Assembly: GCA_018623135.1 (NCBI GenBank)
Contig: JAAZVW010000003.1
Span: forward strand, 977-64,976
DNA length: 64,000 nucleotides
From: Pseudomonadota bacterium
GTDB taxonomy: Bacteria; Pseudomonadota; Alphaproteobacteria; UBA1280; JAAZVW01
Direction: 5' to 3'
The notes under the pieces are model-generated. The model saw only the letters and a list, made by a program, of their open reading frames with translations. It was not told where the DNA came from and made no database searches. A program made the position numbers and the translations under genes. Within the stretch, counting starts at the first letter, position 1, and each line of letters opens with the position of its first letter. This document shows, in pieces, positions 36,070-45,937 of this stretch.

Positions 36070-38649
36070 CTAATTCATCAAACCTTTAAGTTCGTACAAA
36101 AACTGATGCGCCTGCCTTGGCGTCATATCATCAGGGTTTGTTAAATTTAAGCGTTCCTCAACTTCAGAAGGGTCTGGTTCTGCTTGCATAGGTGCTTCAA
36201 AAAAGGAAAGTTGCTCCGTTTTTTCTGGCACAGAATGCTGGTTGCCTTGCTCAAGATTCAACAAAATCTGTTCTGCACGTCGTGTTACTTTTTCAGGTAG
36301 GCCAGCAAGTTTACCTACGTGTACACCGTAAGATCTTGGGCTTGCCCCTTTTTTAACCTGATGTAAAAAGACAATATCTTTTTGCCATTCTTTTACAGCA
36401 ACATGGTAACATAAAATATTCGGCTCTTCTTTTTCTAGTACCGTAAGTTCATGGTAGTGCGTTGCAAATAAGGCACGACATTTGGTTTCTTGGCTTAAAT
36501 GTTCCACACAGCTCCAAGCGATAGAAAGCCCGTCATAGGTAGCTGTTCCTCGGCCAATTTCGTCAAGAATCACAAAGCTTCTCGCTGTGGCATTGTTTAG
36601 GATATTGGCTGTTTCCACCATTTCTACCATAAAAGTAGACTGCCCACGTGCAAGGTCGTCGGAGGCGCCAATACGTGTAAAAATGCGGTCAATCACACCA
36701 ATTTTTGCTGAAGTCGCAGGTATATAAAACCCCATATGTGCCATTAAGCAAATAAGAGCATTCTGGCGCAAAAAGGTAGATTTACCTGCCATATTAGGGC
36801 CTGTAATGAGCCAAAGCTTACCACCAGAAAGTTCCGCATTATTGGCAATAAAATTTTCAACGCTTTGTTCAACAACAGGGTGGCGACCGTCCATAATCTC
36901 TAAAGATTTATCGGAGGTGATTTCAGGGCGTGTGTACTGTCGTTCTACCGCAATTTCTGCCGCAGAGGTTAATACATCAAGCTCCGCTAAGCTTTCTGCT
37001 GCTGTAAGTAGTTCTGTCGCTTGTTGGTTTACTAAAATTAAGAGCTCTTTATAAATTTTTTCTTCTAAGGCTAAAGCTTGCTGACCTGCAGAAGCAATAC
37101 GACGCTCCAAATCCATTAACTCAGAAGTAGAAAATCTCTGAGCATTTGCCGTTGTTTGGCGATGAATATAATGCTCAGGCACTTTATCTGCATTTAATTT
37201 GGTGATTTCTATAAAATAACCCCAAACTTTGTTGTATTTGATTTTAAGGGATGAAACACCTAGTTTTTCTGCTTCTTCACGTTCCATTTTTTGTAAAACA
37301 GTTAAAGCATCTTGGTTTAACGCTTTAAGTTCATCCAGTTCAGCGTTATAGCCTTGGGCAATAAAACCACCATCGCGCACAAGTAATGGCAGGTCATCTG
37401 CCTTCAAGGCAGAATCTAGTTCTATATTTAAACTGTCAAACCCTTTAAAGTTTTGGGCGATTTCTGTAAGTAGGTCGCTATTAAAGCGTTCTAGCCCTTG
37501 GCTTAAAGTTGGTAAAAGTTTTAAGGTAATACGTAGCGCGTTCATATCTCGTGGGCCACCACGTTCCAGTGTTAAACGAGAAAGAGCGCGACTCATATCC
37601 GCAGCGCCTTTTAAGAACTGACGCAAATCATCGCGTGCTTGCGGGTTGTTTATAAAGGTTTCTACCGCATTTAAACGGTTATTTATTTCTGCTTCTTGCT
37701 GAAGCGGCGCTGTAATCCATTGGCTTAATTTACGGGTACCGAATGCTGTTACGCAGCGGTTAAGCGCATGTAAAAGAGACCCTTTAAATTCACCGCGTAA
37801 GGTCTGTGTCAGCTCAAGGTTTGCACGGGTGGCTAAATCAAGCTGCATGTAACTTTGGCTGGCTTCAACTTTAGGTCTATTTAGTTGCGGAATTTTACCC
37901 ACTTGCGTTTGCATAAGGTAAGCAAATAAAGCACCCGAGGCACTTATTTCGGCTTCTGTTGTTAAACCAAAAGCAGTTAAGTCTTTTACATCGTAATATG
38001 TGCTTAAATCACGTTTGGCAGTGTCTGTATCAAAAAGAGTTTCGGGTACAATGCTTAAAAAGTCTTGCCAAGGTAAAAGCTCCGTTTGTAAATCATCAGC
38101 GCTTTGACTTGTTAAAATAAGCTCGGATGGATTTAAACGTGTCAGTAAGCTTTGCACCTCATGCTTTTTGCAGTTGCGCATAGAAAACTCACCCGTAGAA
38201 AGATCAGCCCAGGCTAAGGCAATTTGTCCGTTATAAATTGTTAACGCCACAAGATAGTTGTTTTCTTCAGCTTTAAGCATAGATTCTTCAGTAAGTGTAC
38301 CACCTGTATAAAGGCGCACAACTTCTCGCTTTACCAAAGCTTTAGAACCACGTAATTTTTTAGCCTCTTTAGGGTCTTCTGTTTGCTCACAGAGTGCGAC
38401 TTTAAAACCCTCTTTAATAAGTTTAGCAATATAATTTTCTGCAGCATGGAAGGGTACACCGCACATGGGCACGCCTTCAACCTCTTTAGAGCTACGGCGT
38501 TGTGTTAAGGTAATATTTAAGCTTTCGGCAGCTTGCTTGGCATCTTCTCCAAATAGCTCATAAAAATCTCCCATTCTGTAAAAAAGCAAAAAATCAGGGT
38601 ATTCAGATTTTATGTCTAAGTATTGTTGCATCATAGGAGTGACAGCCAT
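36070..38649 (-). CDS. mutS: DNA mismatch repair protein MutS
   Basis: 859 aa with TPMMQQYLDIK...FYRMGDFYELF, Walker A GPNMAGKST, DEIGRGT and FATHYHEL. Confidence 0.96.
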   Translation of the reverse strand: MAVTPMMQQYLDIKSEYPDFLLFYRMGDFYELFGEDAKQAAESLNITLTQRRSSKEVEGVPMCGVPFHAAENYIAKLIKEGFKVALCEQTEDPKEAKKLRGSKALVKREVVRLYTGGTLTEESMLKAEENNYLVALTIYNGQIALAWADLSTGEFSMRNCKKHEVQSLLTRLNPSELILTSQSADDLQTELLPWQDFLSIVPETLFDTDTAKRDLSTYYDVKDLTAFGLTTEAEISASGALFAYLMQTQVGKIPQLNRPKVEASQSYMQLDLATRANLELTQTLRGEFKGSLLHALNRCVTAFGTRKLSQWITAPLQQEAEINNRLNAVETFINNPQARDDLRQFLKGAADMSRALSRLTLERGGPRDMNALRITLKLLPTLSQGLERFNSDLLTEIAQNFKGFDSLNIELDSALKADDLPLLVRDGGFIAQGYNAELDELKALNQDALTVLQKMEREEAEKLGVSSLKIKYNKVWGYFIEITKLNADKVPEHYIHRQTTANAQRFSTSELMDLERRIASAGQQALALEEKIYKELLILVNQQATELLTAAESLAELDVLTSAAEIAVERQYTRPEITSDKSLEIMDGRHPVVEQSVENFIANNAELSGGKLWLITGPNMAGKSTFLRQNALICLMAHMGFYIPATSAKIGVIDRIFTRIGASDDLARGQSTFMVEMVETANILNNATARSFVILDEIGRGTATYDGLSIAWSCVEHLSQETKCRALFATHYHELTVLEKEEPNILCYHVAVKEWQKDIVFLHQVKKGASPRSYGVHVGKLAGLPEKVTRRAEQILLNLEQGNQHSVPEKTEQLSFFEAPMQAEPDPSEVEERLNLTNPDDMTPRQAHQFLYELKGLMN

Positions 38650-38809
38650 AGCATGTTAACCTTCTTAAAATAAGTATTTATATGTATTTTGTGATATTAA
38701 AGCTTGCATATCATAACACAAATAGGGGCTAAAACTCAATTTTATTGGTAGTTTTTACCCCCTTATTGTACACTAAATACTCATCACAATAAGAGTACGG
38801 AATAAGCCT

Positions 38810-39631
38810 ATGAATTACAGTCACACCCAAGAACGAGAATTGATCGAAAAAATTGTTGAAGAAGCAGCCGCACTTTGTGTGGAATACCAGCGTAAAGGCT
38901 TTAAAACAGAAGATAAAAAGACAGGACAAGCAACGGATTTTCATCAAGCAAAAGCCGAAGGTTTTTTTGGCGATTATGTGACTGAAGCAGACTTAGCTGT
39001 TGATAAGCTTCTGCACGATAAACTTTTAGCCGAACGACCAGATTATGGCTGGCTGTCGGAAGAATCTGTTACAGAAGATAATTGGAAATCTAAAACAAGC
39101 TTTTATGTTGTAGATCCAATTGATGGTACTTCTCAATTTGTATCTGGCGGTTCTTATTCTGTTTCTGTGGCATTAGTGCGTGATGGGAAAATTGTTGCAT
39201 CTGCTATTGCAACACCTAGCGAAAATATTATGGTTTCTGCCGCTTTGGGTGAAGGTGTGTTTTTAAATAAACAAAAAGTAATTCTTGAAGATACAGCGTT
39301 TAAAGACCAAGTTGTTGCTGTTTCTTGTTCTGAATATCGTAAAAACAAATGGGAGCCTTACGAAGAAGATTTAAATGTGCGACCTGTTGGTTCTATTGCA
39401 AATAAGCTTGCTCACGTTGCTGTTGATAAAGAGCAAATGCTCGTTGTCCGCCATCCTTTAAGTTCTTGGGATGTTGCCGCTGGTGTTCTTATGGTAGAAG
39501 AGCAAGGTTTAAAAGTTGTGGATGCCCAAGGTGTGGATTTTGATTTAATGAAGTATTTGGATACGGAATTTAAAGGGCTATATGTCGGTGATGACGCCTC
39601 TTTAAAAAAACTTATAGATATTATTAATTAA
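38810..39631 (+). CDS. Inositol monophosphatase-family phosphatase
   Basis: 273 aa with WLSEES, VVDPIDGTSQF and SSWDVAAG motifs. Confidence 0.8.
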   Translation: MNYSHTQERELIEKIVEEAAALCVEYQRKGFKTEDKKTGQATDFHQAKAEGFFGDYVTEADLAVDKLLHDKLLAERPDYGWLSEESVTEDNWKSKTSFYVVDPIDGTSQFVSGGSYSVSVALVRDGKIVASAIATPSENIMVSAALGEGVFLNKQKVILEDTAFKDQVVAVSCSEYRKNKWEPYEEDLNVRPVGSIANKLAHVAVDKEQMLVVRHPLSSWDVAAGVLMVEEQGLKVVDAQGVDFDLMKYLDTEFKGLYVGDDASLKKLIDIIN

Positions 39632-39636
39632 CTATT

Positions 39637-39665
39637 TAAAAAGCAGCCAATAGGCTGCTTTTTTA
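39637..39665. terminator. Bidirectional intrinsic terminator
   Basis: Stem agcagcc/ggctgct (39642-39648 and 39653-39659) with loop aata, flanked by an A-run and a T-run, between convergent genes. Confidence 0.75.
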
Positions 39666-39685
39666 CGGATGATTCATTAAGCTCT

Positions 39686-40183
39686 TTAAGATTTAAGAAA
39701 ATCAGGATATATAATTTCACCGCCTTGAGTTTTATGAATTTCAAGAGCCATTAGCACAGCATCTGCTACATCAATGTTAGACTTTAAGTTTAGGTCTTCA
39801 GCTTTTTTAAAGCCGTAGGGCGCGTACATCTCTTCGCTACCATAAACAACAACTGTATTAAAGCTGCTTTCTTTTACTTTAAGAATCACTTCTTTTAAAA
39901 AGTTTTCTACATCAACTGTTTCATCTAATGTATCAATTGCAAGAGGTGTCAACAGAAGTGTTTTTTCTGAGCTGTCTTTAATGTCTAACGGTGTAAACAA
40001 AGCATATGCTTTTGCATGGCCTTCTGCTTCTGCAATAAAGCCTAAAGAATCTTTATTTAAATCTCTTAATTGACCGGCAACTTCGATAGTGCGGGCGCCT
40101 GCACCCATGTAGGTACGTGCAATAAGGGTTGCAATCTCTGTGCGATCTTCTGGTTTTTCTGGTCGAATATTAAGAGTTGTCAT
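39686..40183 (-). CDS. GNAT-like protein (divergent; COG3153-like)
   Basis: 165 aa. N-terminal IRPEKPEDRTEIATLIARTY resembles small GNAT acetyltransferases. The usual Q/RxxGxG/A acetyl-CoA motif is not evident. Confidence 0.4.
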   Translation of the reverse strand: MTTLNIRPEKPEDRTEIATLIARTYMGAGARTIEVAGQLRDLNKDSLGFIAEAEGHAKAYALFTPLDIKDSSEKTLLLTPLAIDTLDETVDVENFLKEVILKVKESSFNTVVVYGSEEMYAPYGFKKAEDLNLKSNIDVADAVLMALEIHKTQGGEIIYPDFLKS

Positions 40184-40270
40184 TCTTGTTTCTTCTTTAT
40201 TTGTTTTTCACTTGTCGCATCTTGCGGCTTTCGGTTAAGCTTACACTAACTTAAGGATGAAAGACAAGCC

Positions 40271-41026
40271 ATGAAGCCACTTATTTTAAGCTTAATAATT
40301 TCTTTGTTTACTTTCAATGCTTTTGCATTGGAGGTGATTGTTTCAGATGTTTTTGATGGCGATACCTTTGTGACCAAACAAGGTGAGAAGGTGCGCCTAT
40401 TAAGTATTAATACGCCTGAAATTTCTCATAATAACTATCCTTCTGAGCCATTTGCAGTTGAAGCCAAAAAATATTTAAAGGCGCAGGTTAAGGGTAAAAA
40501 AGTTTCTTTAATATTCTCAAACGAGAAAAAAGACCGTTATGGGCGTTTATTAGCCCATGTTTATTTAGGTGATAGATGGATAAATAAAGAGTTGGTAGAA
40601 GAAGGTTTGGCACATGTTTATTCTTTTCCTGATTCTACGATTAAGGCGCTTGTTCTTGAGCTTATAGAAGCAGAAAACAAAGCTCGAAAGCACAAAAAAC
40701 TTATATGGTCAGACACAACATTTAAAACTTTAAATGCGACTAAAAAAATAGAAGATTGGCGTATTGGTAAGTTTCAGGTAGTAGAAGGTGTCGTGCTTAA
40801 GCAGCATAAATCTAAAAATCGCTTTTATTTAAATTTTGGTGAAAATTGGCGGAATGACTTTTCTGTAGAAATACCACGAAAATATTGGGATAAATTTACT
40901 GATATGCAAAAAATGTATATGGATAAAAAAATACGTATTCGTGGTGTGCTCAAGCCTGTAAATGGCGTGTTAATTACAGTAACTCATCCTGAACAAATTG
41001 AAGTTTTAGATAGCCTAAAGAATTAA
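40271..41026 (+). CDS. Secreted thermonuclease (SNase)-family protein
   Basis: 251 aa with a signal peptide. DGDTFVTKQGEKVRLLSINTPE, KKDRYGRLLAHVY and NKELVEEGLAHVY are staphylococcal nuclease fold motifs. It has an extra C-terminal region of about 100 aa. Confidence 0.8.
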   Translation: MKPLILSLIISLFTFNAFALEVIVSDVFDGDTFVTKQGEKVRLLSINTPEISHNNYPSEPFAVEAKKYLKAQVKGKKVSLIFSNEKKDRYGRLLAHVYLGDRWINKELVEEGLAHVYSFPDSTIKALVLELIEAENKARKHKKLIWSDTTFKTLNATKKIEDWRIGKFQVVEGVVLKQHKSKNRFYLNFGENWRNDFSVEIPRKYWDKFTDMQKMYMDKKIRIRGVLKPVNGVLITVTHPEQIEVLDSLKN

Positions 41027-41052
41027 GGTTTGCTATAAACAAATAAATTTAT

Positions 41053-41128
41053 GGCCTTATAGTTTAACAGGATAAAACAAGTGCCTCCTAAGCATTAGAT
41101 CCAGGTTCGAGTCCTGGTAGGGTCACCA
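41053..41128 (+). tRNA. tRNA-Arg (anticodon CCU)
   Basis: Hand-folded 76-nt cloverleaf. Acceptor GGCCTTA/TAGGGTC (two G-U pairs). D arm GTTT/AAAC with GG in the loop. Anticodon stem AGTGC/GCATT with loop CT-CCT-AA. T arm CCAGG-TTCGAGT-CCTGG. Discriminator A and an encoded CCA. Confidence 0.85.
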
Positions 41129-41264
41129 TTATTCTATTCATCCCATCTTAAATGTATGTTGAATCCTCCCAAAAGGGAAGTAGTTTCTTTTTTATATGCT
41201 TTAGTCTTGGCAAAGGCTAAAGCTCTGATTAGACTTAAGGTATGTCTAACAGGAGCCTTTATTT

Positions 41265-41741
41265 ATGAAAAAAACAGTCCTTATGCTTGCCCTTGGTGAG
41301 AAGAAATCGTTACAGGAAGAAAAAGAGTTTTTTTGTTCTGTGCTAAAATCTTATCGTGCTTATAATCATGCTGGTTATAGGGTATTGCTTGCAACGCCTA
41401 GAGGGTTACCTTTGGCTAAAAATGTAGCAGATTTAGTGGATCCTTTTCATGGCGTTAACTTTCCTCTTGATGCGCAGACCCTGCCAATAGAAGATGCTCA
41501 TAAGTTTAGAGCAATTTATGTTTTAAGTGATGCAGATACTGTTGATGATTTGATGCAGATGCCTCTTTTTATGAAGTTAAGGAAGGTGAGTGAAGAGCTC
41601 GGTCTGCTTTTAGCGCTCCAAACGAAAGACAGTACAAGAATTTGGAATTGTGATGTTTTGAATAACCCAGAGATAGATCACGTACAGGATGCTTATGAGC
41701 AATACACAAAATCTATTATTGATGTCATATCTGCTGATTAA
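41265..41741 (+). CDS. Hypothetical protein
   Basis: 158-aa ORF with AGGAG upstream. There is a faint resemblance to the DJ-1/PfpI-like fold, but no catalytic motif is recognised. Confidence 0.4.
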   Translation: MKKTVLMLALGEKKSLQEEKEFFCSVLKSYRAYNHAGYRVLLATPRGLPLAKNVADLVDPFHGVNFPLDAQTLPIEDAHKFRAIYVLSDADTVDDLMQMPLFMKLRKVSEELGLLLALQTKDSTRIWNCDVLNNPEIDHVQDAYEQYTKSIIDVISAD

Positions 41742-41758
41742 CAAGGTATAATGAAGCA

Positions 41759-41787
41759 TAAAAAAACCGCCATTTGGCGGTTTTTTC
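41759..41787. terminator. Bidirectional intrinsic terminator (infC versus the convergent hypothetical gene)
   Basis: Stem ccgcc/ggcgg (41767-41771 and 41776-41780) with a long A-run upstream and a T-run downstream. Confidence 0.75.
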
Positions 41788-41799
41788 GTTCTTTTTCTG

Positions 41800-42357
41800 T
41801 TAGACCTTTTTAGGTGCTAACGGAGAAAGTAGAATGTGCATTTGACGACCTTCTGCTTTTGGCTGAACATCCATCTTGCCATATTCAACAAGATCATGCC
41901 CAATGCGTTTGAGCATTTCAACACCTGCTTCTTTGTTGCCAAGTTCACGGCCACGGAAGCGGATTGTTGCTTTTACTTTATCGCCTTTTTCAAGGAATTC
42001 TTTCATCTTACGTAATTTAATCTGGTAATCATTTTCTTCAGTACCAGGGCGCAATGTAATTTCTTTAACAGTAACTTTTACTTGTTTCTTACGTGCGTCG
42101 GCAGCTTTTTTCTGCGCTTGGTATTTAAATTTACCATAATCTAAAATTTTACATACAGGAGGTTCTGCATTTGGAGAAACTTCCACAAGGTCTAAACCAG
42201 CATCCATTGCACGTTCAAGTGCTTCTTTTGTGTTTACAACGCCAAGCTGTTCGCCATTTTCGTCGACTAGGCGTACTTTAGGCACACGAATTTCTTCGTT
42301 TGTACGTGCTTCTTCTTTCTTATTACGTTGGTTGCGTAAATGCGGTGGTATAGCTAT
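41800..42357 (-). CDS. infC: Translation initiation factor IF-3, with a probable non-AUG (AUA) start
   Basis: The conserved IF-3 sequence (NEEIRVPKVRLVDENGEQLG...) extends upstream of the first canonical start (GTG at 42285). The frame is open back to a TAA at 42388-42390 and contains only ATA (42357) and ATT (42384) as near-cognate starts. ATA has GAAAGGA about 7 nt upstream. Confidence 0.88.
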   Translation of the reverse strand: MAIPPHLRNQRNKKEEARTNEEIRVPKVRLVDENGEQLGVVNTKEALERAMDAGLDLVEVSPNAEPPVCKILDYGKFKYQAQKKAADARKKQVKVTVKEITLRPGTEENDYQIKLRKMKEFLEKGDKVKATIRFRGRELGNKEAGVEMLKRIGHDLVEYGKMDVQPKAEGRQMHILLSPLAPKKV

Positions 42358-42502
42358 TGTTTTATCCTTTCGGTGTGTAAAAATTTTTTAAACGTAAAAT
42401 CATTTTTAACAAAGAAAGGCTGTAAAATCAAAGCCAAAAGTATACTTTAACCGTAAAATGCTTAAAAAAAGGCTTTAATGTGATGTTTTTGTGCCATCTT
42501 TA

Positions 42503-42538
42503 CAAAAAAGAAGCCACAGAAAAGACTGCGGCTTCTTG
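42503..42538 (-). terminator. Intrinsic terminator between thrS and infC
   Basis: On the minus strand the sequence is aagaagccgcag-tcttttc-tgtggcttctt followed by tttt. This gives a 12-bp stem with one mismatch (42508-42519 and 42526-42537). Confidence 0.7.
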
Positions 42539-42559
42539 AATAGGCGATAAACTCTGGGT

Positions 42560-44506
42560 TTACTCTGCCATTGGCGGAAGTGCTTTTGTGACCACTTCTT
42601 CCTGCATTTTGGCAATAAGCTCTTCAACTTTATAGGTTGTTGTTTTGTTGCCTTCACCTAAGCGACGGATTGTAACGGTACCTTCTTCGATTTCACGGTC
42701 ACCAATAATCGCCATGTAAGGGATTTTTTGGTGCGCCATTTCACGAATCTTGTAGTTAATTTTCTCGTTGCGCGGGTCAACAAAGGTAGAAAAGCCAGCC
42801 TCTTCAAATTGTTTGGCAAGTTTGTACGCATGCTCGTTATGTTTTTCGATAACACCAGAAAAACCAATTTGCACAGGTGCAAGCCATAGCGGGAAGTGCC
42901 CGGCAAAGTTTTCAATAAGAATACCTGTGAAACGCTCCAAAGAACCAAGTAGGGCACGGTGGATCATAACAGGGTGTTCTTTTTCGCCTTGCTCGTTAAT
43001 GTACGTTGCACCTAAGCGACCTGGCATGTTGAAATCCATTTGGATTGTACCGCATTGCCAGTCTCGACCGATGCAGTCTTTTAGAACAAACTCAAGTTTA
43101 GGGCCATAAAAAGCGCCTTCTCCAGGGTTTAAAGTCCATGTAAGGCCTGCGGCATCGCAAGCATCTTTAAGGGCTTGCTCGGCAGCATCCCATACGTCGT
43201 CAGAGCCTACGCGCATTTCTGGGCGATCAGAGAATTTAACAACAATATCGTTAAACCCGAAATCCCCATAAATGTCTTTAATGAGCTCACAAAGGAGCAC
43301 AACTTCTGATTCAATTTGCTGTGGAGTACAGAAGATATGCGCGTCATCTTGTGTCATAGAGCGCACACGTAGTAGACCATTTAATGAACCAGATGATTCG
43401 TTACGCATACAGCAACCAAATTCAGCCATACGCAAAGGTAAATCACGGTACGACTTAAGACCAGTGTTAAAAATTTGTACATGGCAAGGGCAGTTCATCG
43501 GTTTAAGAGCTGAAAGCTTAGTTTCAGATTCTTTCACTTCAAAAATTTCACCATGAGAGAATTTTTCCCAGTGACCGCTTTTGATATACAAAGAGTGGTC
43601 AACAAGTTGAGGGGTGTTCACTTCTTGGTAATTATGCGCTGCAAGTTTGTTACGGATGTAGTCTTGTAATGTTAGGAAGAGTTTCCAACCTTTGTCGTGC
43701 CAAAAAACCTGTCCTTGCGCTTCTTCTTGAAAATGGAATAAATCTAAAGCTGGACCAACTTTACGATGGTCGCGCTTTTCAGCTTCTTCCATCATGCGTA
43801 AGTATGCTTTAAGTTCTTTTTCTGTTTTAAAAGCTGTACCATAGATACGTGTAAGCATCTCATTTTTAGCATCGCCACGCCAGTAAGCACCAGCAACAGA
43901 AAGCAATTTAAACGCACCAACTTTTTTAATAGATGTTAAGTGAGGACCGCGGCATAAGTCATAAAAAACACCATCGCCTTGCTCATAAATACCAAAATGT
44001 GTTTCACTTTCTGGTGTGTCATTAATAATTTCTATCTTAAAAGGCTCATTGCGTGATTCAAACAGCTTAATAGCTTCGTCACGTGTGTATTCTTTACGTG
44101 TAATGTCTAAACCTTCGCCAACAATTTTACGCATTTCAGCTTCGATTTTATCTAAATCTTCAGTAGTGATTTTTTCTTCAGTTGATATATCGTAGTAAAA
44201 GCCACTATCAATTGTGGGGCCAATAGCAAGTTTTGCTGAAGGATATAGGTTTTTAAGTGCACGTGCTAAAACCTGCGCCGTTACTGTGTGGCGCATAATT
44301 TCCAAGCCTTCATCGGTAGAATTGGTGATAATACTAACTTCAGAATCTTTGGTGATGGTGGTGGTGATGTCCTTTTGGGTGCCGTCTAGCGTAATTGCTA
44401 CAGCAGCCTTTTTAAGACCTTCACCAATAGAGCCTGCAAGCTCCAAACCAGTTACAGGAGCGTCGAACGAGCGTACGCTACCGTCAGGAAGTGTAATATT
44501 CACCAT
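42560..44506 (-). CDS. thrS: Threonine--tRNA ligase
   Basis: 648 aa with an N-terminal TGS domain (ITLPDGSVRSF), class II core motifs (FRNESSGSLNGLLRVRSMTQDDAHIF; HRALLGSLERF) and a C-terminal anticodon-binding domain. Confidence 0.96.
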   Translation of the reverse strand: MVNITLPDGSVRSFDAPVTGLELAGSIGEGLKKAAVAITLDGTQKDITTTITKDSEVSIITNSTDEGLEIMRHTVTAQVLARALKNLYPSAKLAIGPTIDSGFYYDISTEEKITTEDLDKIEAEMRKIVGEGLDITRKEYTRDEAIKLFESRNEPFKIEIINDTPESETHFGIYEQGDGVFYDLCRGPHLTSIKKVGAFKLLSVAGAYWRGDAKNEMLTRIYGTAFKTEKELKAYLRMMEEAEKRDHRKVGPALDLFHFQEEAQGQVFWHDKGWKLFLTLQDYIRNKLAAHNYQEVNTPQLVDHSLYIKSGHWEKFSHGEIFEVKESETKLSALKPMNCPCHVQIFNTGLKSYRDLPLRMAEFGCCMRNESSGSLNGLLRVRSMTQDDAHIFCTPQQIESEVVLLCELIKDIYGDFGFNDIVVKFSDRPEMRVGSDDVWDAAEQALKDACDAAGLTWTLNPGEGAFYGPKLEFVLKDCIGRDWQCGTIQMDFNMPGRLGATYINEQGEKEHPVMIHRALLGSLERFTGILIENFAGHFPLWLAPVQIGFSGVIEKHNEHAYKLAKQFEEAGFSTFVDPRNEKINYKIREMAHQKIPYMAIIGDREIEEGTVTIRRLGEGNKTTTYKVEELIAKMQEEVVTKALPPMAE

Positions 44507-44750
44507 TTTATTTCCTTAAAGTTAGTTTGATTTGTTTTTATAAATAATAGCAATAAACTTAAGATAAATAGCCATTTTTAGCAAGTATTTATCCGCATAA
44601 ATACATAATTTTTATTTCCTGCAAAATACTTCCTAATAGAGTGTCAATAATATTTAATATCTATTTTTGGTTGTATATCATAAGGATATTGAATGGATTG
44701 AAGTAATAACTTTGTAATGAAACCCAATCTTAGTAGGGAGCGATTGGAAA

Positions 44751-45113
44751 ATGACAACCTCGACGAATATGATGACGATTCATATAAAAACGCCGAAGGG
44801 CTTACATCTTCCGTTACATTTTGATTTAAATGACTTTCAACAAAGTCAGGAATATGATTTGGTTTATCAGGCCCTCAATTGCCCTGTAAATGGCCATAAG
44901 CTTCATACCGATTTAGCACAGCAGCTTGAGATTTTTAAATTCCGATGCCGTCGAGAATTTGAAATAGCACTATTAGAAAATGAAACGCGTTGCCCGCCTA
45001 TGTTTACATCAGACAGGGAATATAAAAAGCATAAACAAAAACAGCAGTTTTTAGTGGATGAGGCGGTGCATAAAGTTGCAAGTTATTGGCTATATGCGCG
45101 TAGATTGCTGTAA
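44751..45113 (+). CDS. Hypothetical protein
   Basis: 120-aa ORF with no recognisable motif, flanked by long AT-rich intergenic regions. Confidence 0.4.
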   Translation: MTTSTNMMTIHIKTPKGLHLPLHFDLNDFQQSQEYDLVYQALNCPVNGHKLHTDLAQQLEIFKFRCRREFEIALLENETRCPPMFTSDREYKKHKQKQQFLVDEAVHKVASYWLYARRLL

Positions 45114-45312
45114 AAAGTAGTTAATGAGCATGTGCAGAGTTATGCAGATCAGCAGACTGAAGAGGGCGCATCGGAAGGGGTGCCCGCTTCTTGAAATAGC
45201 TATTTTTATCCCTGTCAGTTAATTGCATATATTCATTAATAGATACGTACATAAATAATTATCCTAAAGCGAACGCAATGTTTGTTTAGGTTGTGAATAA
45301 GGTAATAATGAA

Positions 45313-45885
45313 ATGGGTATTGATAGGGGATTCAACACAATGAGCTATACAAATGAACATATCAAAACAGTAAGTTTTAAGGGGCATGATTTAGAAGGCA
45401 AGCCAGCTGTGCGTTTGGTGAACTTTGATACACGTGATAAAAAACAAGAAATGGTGTACCAGGCTTTAAAACAAGAGCTTAAGACGGGCGGCAAAACAGA
45501 GCAAGAAATTTTACAAGCGCAAAAATTCCAAAATAATATGGTTAAATCTATGGATTTGGAAGTGGCGGAACGTGCTATTACAAAACAAATGAATAATGAA
45601 GCCAAAGAGCGTATGCATAATAAGTTTGATGCGAAGCAGCACCAAGTTTATGACGTGCAGAACCAAGAGATGGTCAAGGTAGATGCAAAAAACCACATTC
45701 AAGCTAAGCAAGAAGTTGCAAATATGCCAGCAGTAGATGCACGAGGTTTTAATGACATGATGCAAGATTCTGCCCGTGCAGCAATGAGAGACATGGAAGA
45801 ACCTGTTAAAGCTGTCAGCACAGAAGAGATTGAGCAGCGTTTAGCGCAAGAGCTGAATCAGCTTGAAGAAGAATACACACGCTAA
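45313..45885 (+). CDS. Hypothetical charged Gln/Lys/Glu-rich protein
   Basis: 190-aa ORF (an alternative start MSYTNEH lies at 45340) with no recognisable motif, followed by a terminator. Confidence 0.4.
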   Translation: MGIDRGFNTMSYTNEHIKTVSFKGHDLEGKPAVRLVNFDTRDKKQEMVYQALKQELKTGGKTEQEILQAQKFQNNMVKSMDLEVAERAITKQMNNEAKERMHNKFDAKQHQVYDVQNQEMVKVDAKNHIQAKQEVANMPAVDARGFNDMMQDSARAAMRDMEEPVKAVSTEEIEQRLAQELNQLEEEYTR

Positions 45886-45906
45886 GGTTAACATGTTTGC
45901 CTATAC

Positions 45907-45937
45907 AAAAAAGCTCCTTATTTAAAGGAGCTTTTTT
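45907..45937. terminator. Bidirectional intrinsic terminator
   Basis: 8-bp stem agctcctt/aaggagct (45912-45919 and 45925-45932) with an A-run upstream and a T-run downstream, between convergent genes. Confidence 0.8.

Noticed and set aside
41027-41800. Possible integrative island next to tRNA-Arg(CCU)
   Set aside because: No integrase, no direct repeat of the tRNA 3' end, and no phage or IS genes. Only one 158-aa hypothetical gene lies between the tRNA and the infC terminator.
42475-43109. Small ORFs overlapping thrS (42475-42657, 42658-42957, 42768-43109)
   Set aside because: All are nested in or antisense to the unambiguous thrS coding sequence or its terminator.
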